From: an uncultured virus (IMG/VR IMGVR_UViG_3300030376_005178) | Taxonomy: Duplodnaviria > Heunggongvirae > Uroviricota > Caudoviricetes | DNA length: 64,000 bases | IMG/VR virus record: IMGVR_UViG_3300030376_005178 | Strand: one strand, 5' to 3' | In this document: positions 12,301 through 24,200 of the stretch, piece after piece | How the letters are laid out: each line of letters opens with the position of its first letter | Numbering within the stretch: position 1 is the first letter of the stretch | Program-made: the position numbers and the translations under genes | The notes under the pieces: generated by a model | What the model saw: only the letters and a program-made list of their open reading frames with translations | Database searches by the model: none | What the model was told of the DNA's origin: nothing

Positions 12301-13621
12301 TATCAACATATTTTGAATCAACTAAACCAAAATTATAAACCTTTGCATCACCTATTTTTTCACTACTAATACCACTTTGAAGATCTAAAGTATTTCTAAA
12401 AGTTGTAACGCCACTAACACCATTTAATCTAAGTCTATTACCCATTCTAAAGGTAAATGACTCTTGTATTGCGTCAGAAGTAGATCTTGGCTTTTCAACA
12501 TCAAGGGTTTCTCCCATAGTGTTGAATTCATAACCTTTAACATATGCAGTACCAGGAGAAACCCTTACACATGCAAGATCATCATTTGGTATATTACCTT
12601 CTCTTGTAGATTCAGTAGCATAGTAAATACCCTCACTACCCATTCTATCATTTAAACTATCAAGAACATTAATAAAGAATGGTGATGTTGTATAATCACC
12701 AGACTCATCGGCAGTTCTCTTTGCCATATAGTCTCTAATTATATTATATTGAGTATCTCTATCAATTTGCTTTTCAACAATACCTGCTCTTACTCTAATA
12801 AGTTCAATAAAATCGGTATCATTAAAATCAGATTCTACTTTCTTAGAAAGAACAAGTTCTATCTTTAATCTATCTGCGCCTGGAGCAGCATAGTTAGAAA
12901 ATCCTTTTGCGTTATCATATAATGCTACATCCTCTTTAGCATTAACTGCAGTTTCAACTACCTGCAATCCAACTCTATAAAATGGTTTATTATCATACTG
13001 ATCCAAAATAAGAGTTTGTTGATTAACTCTTACAAAATGCCCTCTAACAAAATATACACCACTTTGAATAGAAATAGCAGATCCAGATAGACTAGCATCT
13101 AATTGAATAGTTGATGCAAATGTAGAACCAGTATTTAATGTTGTATTTCCATAAGTAAGGGGTTCTTCCAATAAAAGTAATTCTGAGTTTTGGAAGAAGT
13201 CAAAAGATCCGCTAGGACCAGGAGAAAGATATTTTACATATATTGTTGGATCTGATGATATAGATTTAGAAGCTGTGATATAATTAATAATCTTCGCAGT
13301 AATACCCGAAGTTTGTCCTTTAATTCTTTTTCCTACAAGTTGCTCTATATAAACTTCTACATCAGTTCCTAAATGTGTAGCATCTAATCTAACAGCAAAA
13401 TAATTTCCATCATAAGTTACACCACCAGGGACTACTACAGACCCCTCTTTGAACATATGACTACCAAATTGCTCAACCTGATTCTGCATAATAGACTGCA
13501 GACTGGTAAGCTCACGAGCTTGAACAGGGAATCCTGGTTTAAACAGAACTCTATGGTAGTTGTCCGTTTTGTCAAAATCGTCGTAATACGGACTTATATT
13601 CAGGTTAGTCTGTTGTGGCAT
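6323..13621 (-). CDS. DUF4815 / VrlC-like large virion structural protein
   Basis: N-terminus MPQQTNLNISPYYDDFD...RVLFKPGFPVQARELT, internal RRYTMRDIG and DPLAQSF motifs; position after gp8 as in cyanomyoviruses. Confidence 0.85.
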   Translation of the reverse strand: MPQQTNLNISPYYDDFDKTDNYHRVLFKPGFPVQARELTSLQSIMQNQVEQFGSHMFKEGSVVVPGGVTYDGNYFAVRLDATHLGTDVEVYIEQLVGKRIKGQTSGITAKIINYITASKSISSDPTIYVKYLSPGPSGSFDFFQNSELLLLEEPLTYGNTTLNTGSTFASTIQLDASLSGSAISIQSGVYFVRGHFVRVNQQTLILDQYDNKPFYRVGLQVVETAVNAKEDVALYDNAKGFSNYAAPGADRLKIELVLSKKVESDFNDTDFIELIRVRAGIVEKQIDRDTQYNIIRDYMAKRTADESGDYTTSPFFINVLDSLNDRMGSEGIYYATESTREGNIPNDDLACVRVSPGTAYVKGYEFNTMGETLDVEKPRSTSDAIQESFTFRMGNRLRLNGVSGVTTFRNTLDLQSGISSEKIGDAKVYNFGLVDSKYVDNSTEFDAYLYDVQLYTKLFVNDNVSNDEVIQSAYVEGTESGATGYTVAAGAGSSTVTLTQVSGKFQAGEKIKFRSNLNLSRVVDKVITYNMNNVENVQQANTFYAKKKLNEAVPYGLKESDPVEIATNGDVTCTGRTFERFKPGDVVIYRRSGQSLPNRNVVSYVANDGGSMRLAALTTNPNLFTGSLPGSTYTGPIFKGEQQLTNEENAGLYLKLPKNHISDIDFSDAQLIISDQVTGESTDGNGTLVVNSSSLSVPDCNFVSFDQERYQVQYSTGVVASIGQDQVTVTDSVLTIKGLAFSQSNIKVNVTVAKSNIKNKTKEYKRSQEVEIIYSSKTGSGGTAGQTLDDGLTISGLYGIRIQDEEICLNYPDVANIVAVYESQNKLKPTYDKLIFTSTDPIFTNAIVGESIVGENTNAVARIVEINQGSSSISIVYKTTDRFQLLETLLFQESNSSATLQSAVVGNYKDVTDSFTLDKGQKDQYYDYSRLVRVNENYIPSQRLLIVLDRYEIPSSDVGDVFTVNSYDAERFSKDIPSIGKSSIRASDTLDFRPRVATFVPGSASVSPFYPSNRDTIATNSRIVTPNESSRFKYKHYFGRMDKVILKTSGNIIVDKGIPSNNPKPPADDPSAMTLATIVWPPYLYATTSARVFLIDNRRYTMRDIGRIEDRLEHIENVTTLSLLEQKVETLQVKDADGLDRFKSGFFADGLKSKAFIDIASPVDVDFDRGHMKPLTDLSSIDMSVLPSTQQPPESLDFSQDFALLDENAQKTGRMVTLKYDERVFVEQNFATRVENLNPFLVYSYTGDLKLSPTSDNWINTERTETLTTQVIRRTSYDTRVSAQTIDGGFGQDELSASTNEFVSGVERDDIESRNTYIASEEFDPFIRSRNIEYKVTGLRPNARFFTFFDELGNVDVIPKIIGIENVVGAFTVGETISALVNGETYRMRICRPDHKTGPFASPVTSYEVNPLDRNETLPTAYSQGSTTLNIDTTALAAAPQGDFFGYLPVGTVISGETSGAQATIQSLQLWADDYGDLTACVWIRDPFASPTPLARVRTGEREFKVSSSSINAAGLRGSSAISSATATYTAVGTTRLVQTDVRVTTLETTTIQRDVSLTFVNRRPPPPPPPPPPVIINNTTVIDNTVTVVEERTIIQPVPVPVPAPPQADDNDDPLAQSFTVDQYGAYVTSVDIFFATMADPTVPVFVELREMNLGFPTKRLVSPDARVTLTSNDINLSLDASVPTNVKFSSPIYLEPSTEYALICAAPTNTYEVFTAEMGQTALNAQSLPSAAGKVYSNQFSVGSMFRSQNASTWTPCQFEDLCFKLYRAEFTSDAAVVTFQNPPIRPNNGILPALNKNPIHALPKKASLGITTTTTPGFIGTVFAPGRKVTDSATYRYGYIESQGGPVKKTGPLGVGINTNGTNYGTPAASVGTFAITGQGSGLKLGVTVGTGASPITACTVLEEGQGYQVGDIVGVVTADMSGSGSGCRIGISSLVGLDTLYLTNVQAEEFTVGQGVNYFHEAGTIKAASGINVTRYDETGSVNTGEYARVSYFNHGMYGTGNKVAISGAAPDTSPTVTSTVVNSTSSSIAVGDSTGFNVFEGVLVSAANTGYAKINNEVISYTTVGINTLSGIVRGVDNTQSINHAEGSIIQKYESGGIGLSKINKEHDVSPLQRNMDDFLIKIDREGRTTDISGLSQPQLSFSNDTYVGGDHAHASKNMQYDLITPLFDITAPGPSDTVNLSVRTVSGTSIDGAESSFIDKGFENYVLNQPTKLPDTRIVASEVNENARLTNLFRNRSLTARVAISNGGNFHSSPMICLDTMAMKFSSNRINKPIDDDSYATDSRVNVLYGDAHTSYYVSRVINIKQPATSLKVLFDAFRPASTDFRVLYSLIRPDSSEVDQKFVLFPGYKNSVDTTGDGFGDTPIDISKNDGRPDKLVTPGDAFKEYQYTINDLEPFSGFVIKVVMNGTNQAEVPVLKNIRALALA

Positions 13622-13625
13622 CTTT

Positions 13626-15197
13626 TTAGAATTCTAATACGATTTTGATGTCTTCTTTTTGTCTCAAGTTTCTTGTAATAGAAGGTCTATTATCAAGGTA
13701 AATGATCTCTCCACTGCGTTTATTTATCTCCGCATCAGCAAGTCCATTTGTAAACTGAACACCCAGGTCTACTACTTTACCTGCAGGAGTCGTTGTAGAT
13801 ATGCCACTAAAGGTTTGGTCTACATTGACACTGAAAGAAGTACTAGTAACTGCATTAGCAGTTGACTGGAAATTTAAGACAGGAGTTTGAGTCGCTACTT
13901 CGTTACTGTCAGTTTGGTCAAAGGTTCCTTGATTGTAAGACAAACTACGATCTTGGAAGTACTTAATTACCTTGGTATCTATATCATAAGAAGCAACATA
14001 ACCTCTAGCAGTACCAACTCCAGAGATATTCTGCTCAATTTGTGTTCCAATACCAAGAGTTTGTGAGGTATCCCCAGTAAACTTAAGTGATTTCAATGAT
14101 GAAAACTCAGAAGTTTGGAGGTAATTTGTTCCTGCTGCACCCACAGCAGTTGGATTCCTCATTAATCCAACCTGTGCAAATTTAGTATCAGAAGCAAAAT
14201 CATAAGATGATGCGTCAAATCTAGTATAAATTAGAACCTTATCAGTTCCAAGTTCTTTATATGCATTAAAACCATGCCCTAACGACGGGGGAATGATTGG
14301 AGTAAGTTTAGCGAATTTAGTAGCAGAACCATTGATAGAAGAAAGATCAACCCTACCATAACTGTATCCTGACCCTCCATTTGTTACTTGGGCAGATATG
14401 ATCTGTCCATTAGTGTTAGTCAAAATCCTAACTTTACCACCTGTACCATCTCCAAGAATATCAACCTCAATAGGACTTGACAAGAAACTATATCCTGCAC
14501 CTGCCTCATCAATTGATACTACTTTAATCTGGTTATTGTTTGAACTAGAATCACCATTATCTCTAACAACTTTAATATCGTTGCTGCTTGTTGTTTCCCA
14601 TTCATTAGGAACAGCAATATATTCAGTTGAGTCAAATTTCACGATATCCGCAGGAGGAACCGTGAACATATATTTCCAAAGATAAGTGTCACCACTTACA
14701 CCAGCAGCAGATGGTTCAAGATCAGTAAAAGTAGGTTCATCTAGAGATGCACTTGCGATTGTATTAATACCAGCAGAACCATTATTGATACAAACATAGA
14801 CTCTATAGTCTTTGTTCATAATATAGTAATTTGCTGAATAAAGTCTACTTGAGTTAGATACTAAAGAACGATTATTCACACTATAATCGTGACGGTACAT
14901 GTCGTATGATGTACCCTTAGTCCAAGTAACTTTTCTAATTAACCTCCTAACATCACCTGGGAAGATTTTTCTTCCAAACAACATAGTATCATATACATGG
15001 TTATTATAATTGATACTATCAGTAGGTGAAGGTGGTTGAATAGTCGTACTATTCCAAGTGTCAGTTCTTCCAAATCCTGCTATAGTAGGATTTGCCAGTC
15101 CTAGGAAAGCATAGTAAGAGTTATTTCCGCTAGTAACATCATCCATGAAGTTATTAGCGTTGATAATCCTAAACTGGTCGGTTATAATTGCTGCCAT
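13626..15197 (-). CDS. gp8: Baseplate wedge subunit gp8
   Basis: MAAIITDQFRI..., YDMYRHDYS, DxYLWKYMFT, C-terminal GEIIYLDNR...QKEDIKIVLEF; synteny gp25-gp6-gp7-gp8. Confidence 0.9.
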   Translation of the reverse strand: MAAIITDQFRIINANNFMDDVTSGNNSYYAFLGLANPTIAGFGRTDTWNSTTIQPPSPTDSINYNNHVYDTMLFGRKIFPGDVRRLIRKVTWTKGTSYDMYRHDYSVNNRSLVSNSSRLYSANYYIMNKDYRVYVCINNGSAGINTIASASLDEPTFTDLEPSAAGVSGDTYLWKYMFTVPPADIVKFDSTEYIAVPNEWETTSSNDIKVVRDNGDSSSNNNQIKVVSIDEAGAGYSFLSSPIEVDILGDGTGGKVRILTNTNGQIISAQVTNGGSGYSYGRVDLSSINGSATKFAKLTPIIPPSLGHGFNAYKELGTDKVLIYTRFDASSYDFASDTKFAQVGLMRNPTAVGAAGTNYLQTSEFSSLKSLKFTGDTSQTLGIGTQIEQNISGVGTARGYVASYDIDTKVIKYFQDRSLSYNQGTFDQTDSNEVATQTPVLNFQSTANAVTSTSFSVNVDQTFSGISTTTPAGKVVDLGVQFTNGLADAEINKRSGEIIYLDNRPSITRNLRQKEDIKIVLEF

Positions 15198-15231
15198 TGC
15201 AATGTTCTAGTGTGAGGTCTTACTATTTTGG

Positions 15232-15239
15232 TATTTATA
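15232..15239 (-). promoter_or_regulatory. T4-type late promoter TATAAATA
   Basis: Exact consensus overlapping the gp7 stop codon, 35 nt upstream of gp8. Confidence 0.75.
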
Positions 15240-18200
15240 ATCTTTTCTCAAGAGCTCCAGTGTTACGGAGTCCGATATTAGTACGCTTGGCGGTTGGCCA
15301 TTCGTCTAAATCAGGATTATAATTCAATCCCTTAACTTCAATGTTAAGTGGGTATCCAACATCTCTAATAGCAGAAGAGAAGCGTCCCCATGTAATTCTT
15401 GCTGCAGGATGCAATGTTGATCCCACACCAACTAGTCCACTAACATCAGTTCCAGAATGGATATTACATGTAATAACACCTGTTCTAGCACTTCCGTCCC
15501 ATGACAATGCTGATGCATAGTATATATTATCAACTTCAAAGGTACTGATTCCAATAACATCAGAATCATGTGTATCAGTACTGGTTATGACTCCAGCAGC
15601 AGGTGAAACACCTGACCCATAAAGTTTGAATGGATATCCTTCTTTAAATTCTTTAACGAAGGATGAATTGTTGGAATTAATCAAATCATTTGTATCTAAC
15701 TGGAATACGATACCAAGATCAGTACCAATACCAGCAGAAGTAGTAATACCAGTAACTAAACCAGTATATCCTTGTACATCAGTAACTAAAGGATCTATGT
15801 CATTCCATATTTCCCAATTAATACCTGCTTGTGCCGTAGTTCCAAATCCAACACTAGATGCATGTACAAATAAACCAAAGTCATCTGTTAAACCATTATC
15901 AATATCCCTAAAGCGTTCTGTATGGTCAACATATAAGAATGTATCGGTAGAAGCAATAGATGTAAGAACATTTGCTACTGGAGTAATCTGAGCTTCATAT
16001 TGATCTCTTGATTTAGGAACTAATCCACCACCAAATACAATATCTGCTTTTTGTTTAGCCCATCTTAATGGTTTATAATCATTGTTATTAACTCCACCAC
16101 CTTGATAGAATGGTGTTTCAACAACAGATGCAGTTGCAATCCTCTGAATAATTCTAGGATCCCTTTGTGAGAAATTGGTAGTATCTTTAACTACCCTATT
16201 CAATTCTATCTCTGCACTCTTGAACAATTCAACAGTATCACCTTCTTTAACGGTTTCGTTAACATCAAATAAAGCACTATCTGCTCCAACTGTTCCTCTA
16301 TAGAAGAATATAAAGACATCATCTTCTGTTGTAGGTGCTGTTTCAAAACTAATTGAAGTACCACCACCAAATTCATAATGTTTGATTGGTTCTTGAAGAA
16401 CACCATTGACAAAGATCATAAGAACAGGATTAAGATCAATTTCTCTAGAATCCATATCATTATTATCAATTTCAAAACTAATCAATTGATTTTGATAATA
16501 TAATGGGAATCTAGTTCTTGCTCCATCTTGGAATGGTTTGATATTGTCAATATAGTCTAATTGACCAAACTGCCAAGCAGATATATCATCATTAAAGATA
16601 TCAAGAACTTCAACTTCAAACGGAATGTATAGATCACCAGCATCGGGATCTGTAGATAATCCAACTAGATTAAACTTATCACCTTTCTTAAATCCATAAC
16701 CATTCTTACTAAAGTCCCATTTAGAAACTTCAAATAATTCAAATTCTGGAGATGATGAATAACCAACATAATTTGTAGTTAATCCAATTACATCAACTGT
16801 AATAGTACATCCAACACCAGATACTGTTGTACTTCCAAGTCCTTCTCTGTAATTACCAACAATTGCCAAATCTGCTCCTGTTGGTTCTGGTGGAGATATT
16901 CTACTTCCTGAAGTGTATCCTGCTCCAGCATGATCAACACTAAAGATTAAGGAACCACCAGCACCAACAATTGCGGTAATAGTAGCACCTGTTCCAACTG
17001 CATCACTAACACCAATAGAAACAGTTCCAAGATTTGTAGTATAACCAGAACCAAATGTTAGGTTGTTCCAAGGAGCTGCAGTACCGCCAGAGTTATAAGA
17101 GTGTGGAATTGTACTTGGACCTGCATTAACTCTAAATGTTCTAGCAGATACGATTCCAGTAATGTCTAAAGGTTCGTCATAATCAGGATAGATGTTAGTT
17201 GTTAAACCAACTCTTACTATACCACCACCCGTATAAGGATGTGCTAGTGTAGATACACCAACGAATGTGGTAAAGGATGTAGTAGTTCCTACAGACCTTA
17301 CAGTATAATAGTAACCTTGAACACCGCTAGGATAAGTCTTAGATCCATATGTGCATGTAACTCCGATACCTGCTAACTTGAAGTTCTCAGGTTTTACTAA
17401 TCCATGATTAGCAGCAGTAAATTGTAGAACACCTGTACCAGGATTATATACTGCGTTTGTTGGAGTTAGAGCAGCACCAGACCAAGAATCAATATAAAGT
17501 GAACTTGCTGCGGCACTTACAAAGGAATGAGCGTAATTGCCACCATACTGGATTGCACCAGTAGTAGCATTGAGGAATCTATGAGTATGGTTACCGCCAG
17601 AGACTACTGCGTTAGTTGCCTCATATCCTGCACCAATGTCATAACGATGCTCTGATGTATCAGTTGAAACACCAACTTGAAGTGTAATATATCCAGTCTG
17701 TTTCTTAATACCACCTGTTGTTGCACTATCAAAGGTATGTGCAAATTGATCATTAGGACCAGTTGCACCAACATCTACCGCAAATGTATTAACAGTAGTA
17801 CTTGCTATGGATACCCACTTATCATGAATAGGATCTGATACACGAGGATATGCGTGAGCAATTCTATAAGCATCTCTAGCACACTTCAGTGATATCGCTC
17901 CAGTATCAAACTTAACTCTATCACTGTTCATGAATCCATGACCAGCAACAGTAACTGTCATGATACCTGCTACAGGATCATATACTGCGTCAGTTGCTGT
18001 ATGTGAACTAGATCCAACAGAGTGGATACCGATTGCTTGATCATATGCTCTATCACGCTTCTGATCCATGCTACCAACACCAGCAGCTTGGAAGGTATGC
18101 CCGTAAGCACCACCGCCATGAATCTGTGATCTCTTAATAGCACCAGTTACACCAGAAGCAAATATATGATCTGAAGTATCAGGAGAACTCATACTATTAA

Positions 18201-21200
18201 CCCTAAAGGTATTAGTAGTTACATTAGATACCTTGATCCACTTACCACTGTAAGGATCTGTCTCTCTAGGATATGCATGAGTTGTGCTGTAGTCATCCTT
18301 AGCACATGTGAAGGAAACTGCACCAGTATCAAATAGAACCCAATCTCCATTGGCAAGACCGTGATTAGCAGATCTAACTGTCATGATACCTGCAGCACCA
18401 TCATATTGCGTACCAGATTCAGCAGTTAATCCTTCATGCGGTACAAAATGATGAGTTGAGATATTTGTGGACGGTTGTGACGCTAAAACTTGGAAAGCAA
18501 TTGAATTTGCGGTAGTAGAAGCGATAGAGACCGCAGTTGTAAATCCAGGATCGCTCGATCTTGGATAATAATGGAGACTTTGGTATGTGTCTAATCCACA
18601 CCTAAATGACATAGATTCAGGTGAAATTTGGATAGATTGACCAGTCATGAAACCATGATCACCTATAGTAGCTGTTACAATGCCAGCAGTGGGGTCGTAG
18701 ATCGCCGAGGAGATGCTATAAGGTGCTATAGGTGACTTACCTACATTTACAGTAAATGAAGTGGTTCCTATGCCTGTTATTGATAACCACTTACCACTGA
18801 CAGGATCGGATGATCTTGGATAGGTCTTCGTAGAAGTACCGCCATCCATGTCGCACTTGAAGGAAATAGAGTCATTATCGAACTTGATAAAGTCGCCATC
18901 ATGAATAAGTCTGCCGCCAGGTACAACTGTAACGGTCATTATTCCAGCATTTGCGTCATAAACTGCACCATTTACAGTTTGAGTATCAATTGTAGTGCGT
19001 GGATACGCATGAGATGAAATATAACTGTCATTAGCACAACGGAAAATGAGTGATCCAGTCGCTAACTTAATTGAAGTTTGTGCTGCTAATGCATGTTGAC
19101 CAATGTTAAGATCAAGGAATCCAGTACTAGGTGTATAAGTTGCAGTAGTAACACTGTAATTAACAGTAGGTGATGTACCTACATTGAATCTAACATTTGT
19201 TGCTGTAGTAGAAGCAACAGAAATAGCAGTATCATAATAAGGGTCAGTTACTCTAGGATATGAATGCTCAGTTACCATTCCGTCCATAGAACACGCAAAG
19301 TTAAGAGAAGAATCTTTAAACTTAGCTGATGTTCCAGTCATAAGGTTATGATCTGGAATTACCAAATCCAAAATACCTGTAGAAGGAGTATATGTGGCAT
19401 CAGTTGGTGTATAACCAACATTAGTAGTAATACCAACAAATACATCAAATGTATTTTGCGTTACCTCACGAACTTCTAAGAACTTGTCATTTACAGGATC
19501 AGAAGCACGAGGATAAGTATGATTGCTGTATTGTCCATCCATCTCACAAGTAAATGTGAGAGCACCTGTAGCAATACCAATTAAATTAGGATTGGTGAAG
19601 TTATGATCACCATCTGTAATAAATGTACCTATGCCACTTGCGTAGTCATAAACAAAGGAAGTAATTCCTATTGTGCTACCATATCCAAGACCAGATTTAC
19701 CAACATTGATAGTAATACTATCTGCAGTAGTTGTAGCAGTACCAATCTTATTATGGAAAGGATCAGTTACTCTAGGATATGCGTGATTAGTCGCAAAATT
19801 ATCTTTATCACAACTCATAGTAACTGACTCTGTGGCAAGTCCTACAAGATTGTTGTTAGCATATACTAGACCGACAGCAGTAGATCCGATGGATAATGTC
19901 ATCGCACCTGTTAATGCATTGTAACTAACATCAGACACATCTGCATAGACTAAAGTTGAAATACCAACATTTAAACTAAACGCAGTAGTTGAAGTAGTTG
20001 TTATACCAGTTGTTACACCGCTAATTGGGTCAGTGCTACGAGGATAAGTATGTTGAGTGGCATGATTATCTCTAGAGCAAGTATATGTAAGTGAATTTGC
20101 GTCAAGAGTAATAGTATCACCAGTAGTCATACCATGAGCAGTACCGAATGATAATGTTAATACACCAGTACTTGCGTCATAAGTAGATCCATTTGGACTC
20201 TTCTCATTACCTGATTCTGCACCACTTTGGACATTGACCGCATTAGTTGCAGTACCACCAGCCCAAGTATGAACATAATCACCACCCATAATTAGAGCAT
20301 TGGAAGTAGCACTTCTGAATATGTGCTTATAACCAATACAATCTAATTGCATACCTTCCAGTTTAACTGGATTTTCAATTCTAAGATTATGAGGTCCAAC
20401 TGTAGTAACCTCCATAATTCCAGTTACATTGTCATAGAATGCAGTTTGAACTCCAACCGCAAATCCTGCAGTGGGAACACCTACAATACTTTCAATAACA
20501 CCATATGCATTAACTACAGGTTTAACTCTTGCACCTCTGAATGGAGCATATCCTCTACCTGGTGTAGAAGCAACAGATACTATAATTCCACCTCTAGGTA
20601 ACTGGTTTTCATTAATATCCCCAACATCTATTATTGGCGTAGTATATCCAACAGAACTAATACCAGTAAATTGAACACTACTAATACCAGCATTTTCAAT
20701 AATCTTAAAGTTTGAATTTACATTATTTTCACTAAATGGTGCTTGGAAAATATTATTGATGAATAATACACCATTACCACCAGTAGTACCAATACCAGTA
20801 ACAGCAGATCCAACAGATGCTAAACTATAAGTGGTTTCTAAACCATCAAAACTTTCGGAGATATCATCAAATAATTGGTTCTTGGAATAATCCTGTCTGA
20901 GGAAAGTTCTTCCACCAAATGATGCTCTAGCATATGGTAAGTTATTTGGGTTAATAATACCAGTATCACCACCTAACGGTGCTTGTGTGAAATGTATATT
21001 ACTGTCTAATATCTGGAATGATCCTCTAAAGACCCTAGCAGTCTCACCAGCAGCATGTGGAGTAGCAGCAGTACCAACTGCTCCTCTTTCCACTTCTACA
21101 AGTGTCCAAGTACCAATACCAACAGCAGGACCAATAGTAGTCGTACCAAATCCAACAGTTCTTACTATTGAGTATTCATCTTCTAGTTTGATAAGATCAC

Positions 21201-24200
21201 CAGACTGTATAGATGAAATACCACTCAATACGAATGCAGTTACAAAACCAGCAACAGGAACATCCAGATCATAAGAAATAGAAGTATAAGATAGTGGTTT
21301 CTGTACAAGACCGCTAATAGAAACCATAGACTTAGAATCTCTCTTTCTCATAGAGAATCTATGCTTATTACCAGTACCAGTGCTATCGAGGAAAGTTACT
21401 GCAGCACCTGATATTGCATCATTCTTAGTTAATGCAATTTTATACTGTTGGTTATTATCCTTAATAGCATAAACAGTTTCAGGAAGATATCCAGTTACAC
21501 CAGCACCAGTTTGATATACTAAAGCAGAACCAGCAATACCAACAAGGTTAGAATCTGGTTTATATGTTAACTGCTCATAAGTTGAGAAGAAATGCTTCTG
21601 ACTAAATGTACCTGTTTCTCTGTTAAGAATACTAGGATCTTCAATATTAGTCTCTTGAGCATAAATTGGATCTCCTTTATAAGTAAGTTCAAACGATTTC
21701 TTATCTCTGTTATTAATTCCAAGATATATTGCTTGTGCTATGTTCTCATAAACTTCTCCATAATTAATTTCACCAATACCAGCAATAGTACCGTTAGGAT
21801 CTAAATCCTTATAAAGAATTTCATTATAAGCAGTAAGTTTAACATCACCAGCAACGGATGGATGGAATTCTATGTTAATATGCCCATCTGCTCTATAAGT
21901 AGATCCAAATGTACCAACACCTAATGTAGAACCAATAGCAGCTACAGGATATTCAGTAATGAAATTCTCCTGATTGTATGGGTCAGTTAAAGTATAAAGT
22001 TGATGTATTGATTGTGTAGCACCATAAGCAACATGAACTGTTGTTTTAACTGATAAGTCTCTTATGCTTGCAATTCCACAAATAGTAGCAATACCTGCTT
22101 TTGTTTGACTTGTTACTTCTATACGACCAGATCTTTCTGTACCATCTGGAGTGAATGGAATCTTAAATCTATAATCTGTAGATGGTCCAACAACAGAAGG
22201 ATCAACTGCAATTATCTTAGATTTAATATTAACTACTCTTTGCTTACCATTTTCAAAATCAAACTTAAGTATTCCACTTTCTATCTTAGAAGTAAAGGTT
22301 CCAATAAAGTTAGGACCAGAAAGACCACTTAAATTTTGTCTTGAGTTAAATGCCGATAATTCTGTAAGATAAGTATCAACACCATTATGCATAACAGCAT
22401 ATTCAAAATAATCAACTTGAGGAGTTGCAGTAGATCCTGCGCCTGGTGTATCAATACAAAGGAATTGTACAATAGCAGCATCAGTTGTTAATGTAGAAAC
22501 GCCAATAATATTAGTTGTGCTACTAACCCCAAGCGTAGAAGCTGCACCAGCTTGAGCAACTCTACCTTCTAATCTGATATTACTAAATGCGGTTGTACCT
22601 ACCCCAATTGAATCTGAGAAATTCTGTTGCCAAGATTTAATCTCATAATCAGTATCAAATGGTTCATTAGGTCTAGCAAGTAACAAAGTACTGGAACTTG
22701 CAGGATCTTGGGTTGTGTCAAAGACAACATATCCCGTGCTAAGACCAACCTGATCATAATTCTTCATTTCTTGCTTCTGGAACAAGTAAGTCTCTTCATC
22801 AAGAGTTACTGAAATGAATTCATTTAATTGATACTGATTTTTCCTAGGATCTTCAGCATGATGTACAGATTGAGTAAACCATCTTTGGAAGTATCTTCCT
22901 GCAGGATATTGAGCAACAATTCTATAATCGCTCAAATCATTAGACTCATTAGAAACAAATTGAGGACTAATATCGTCAATATTCAAAACTCGGTTAGTTT
23001 TGTTTAAAATAAAGTCAGCAAGTCTTGTTGTTCTAAATTCTACAAATTTTGATATATTACCAACAGATAAGAAATCTCTAGCTAGATCATAAGGATATAT
23101 TGCATCCACCCTCATAGGATCTCCAATAAAGTCAAGAACAAGTCCACCAGCATCTTCTGCAGGTTGATTAGTCTCTCCAGGAGTTCCTTCCGCTATTATT
23201 TCAGTATTAGCGAAATTCTTCATCCCAGAAGGATGAACTATGTCATTAACATAAGTAATTAACTCTTCATATGTCTTAGGACTCTCAATCGCATAAGACA
23301 TGTTCTGATAGTAATCATTGTCAGCTATGACTTGATTGGTATCATTAACCAATCCAATATTATCTCTCCAACCAACTAAAGTCTTAACAGAAGAAGAAAT
23401 CTCAAAATTACCATCAAATTCAGTTACTCCAGTAATTCTACAGATTGAACCACTTAATTTTCCGATTAAGAAATCACCAATATTAAGAGGTTCTGCACCA
23501 CTAACAATAATGTTAGCACTGTTTACATTGATAAAGTCTAACTGAACATCCGCAAATGGATCATCATTTCTCTTGAATGGTTCATTTTGAATGAAATCAG
23601 AATATCCCTTAACAACCTCAAATTCTGCAATATTAGATGATTGTGTTATTTGACCAAATCCAAATGTTACAGTTACACCTGCACCAGGATTAGTAGAAAT
23701 GCCATTTAGATCAAATGTTACTTGTCTTGGGTTTACAGCATCATTATATGCGGTAACTCTGAATGGAGTAAACTTATAATCGCCAGAGTTATAACCTTCT
23801 CCACTGGTATAAGTAATACCTTCAACAAAGCAAGAATCTCCTATAGCTAAAGGTTCATTAACATAACCCAAAACTGGAGTTGAAATCTTACATGTTAAAA
23901 TACCACCCTGAGCATCTGCTTCTAAAATAGTAAGACCATTACTATTTCTAAGAGGAGCAACACCAAAATCATTATTTGATAGTCCTGCAGGAGGTACAGA
24001 AACAATTGCACTTGTAACAGCAGAATCACTTAATTCACAAGTAATAAGACCACTATCTACAATTTCACCAGTTCCTTTATCATATAAAACAAGTGCAGGA
24101 GGTGTTATATAGAATTTACCACCAAATTTAACTTTAACTTCTTTAATAGTTGAGAAACTATCAATATCAAGAACTCTTGGTATAAATGCATCTGGTTTTA

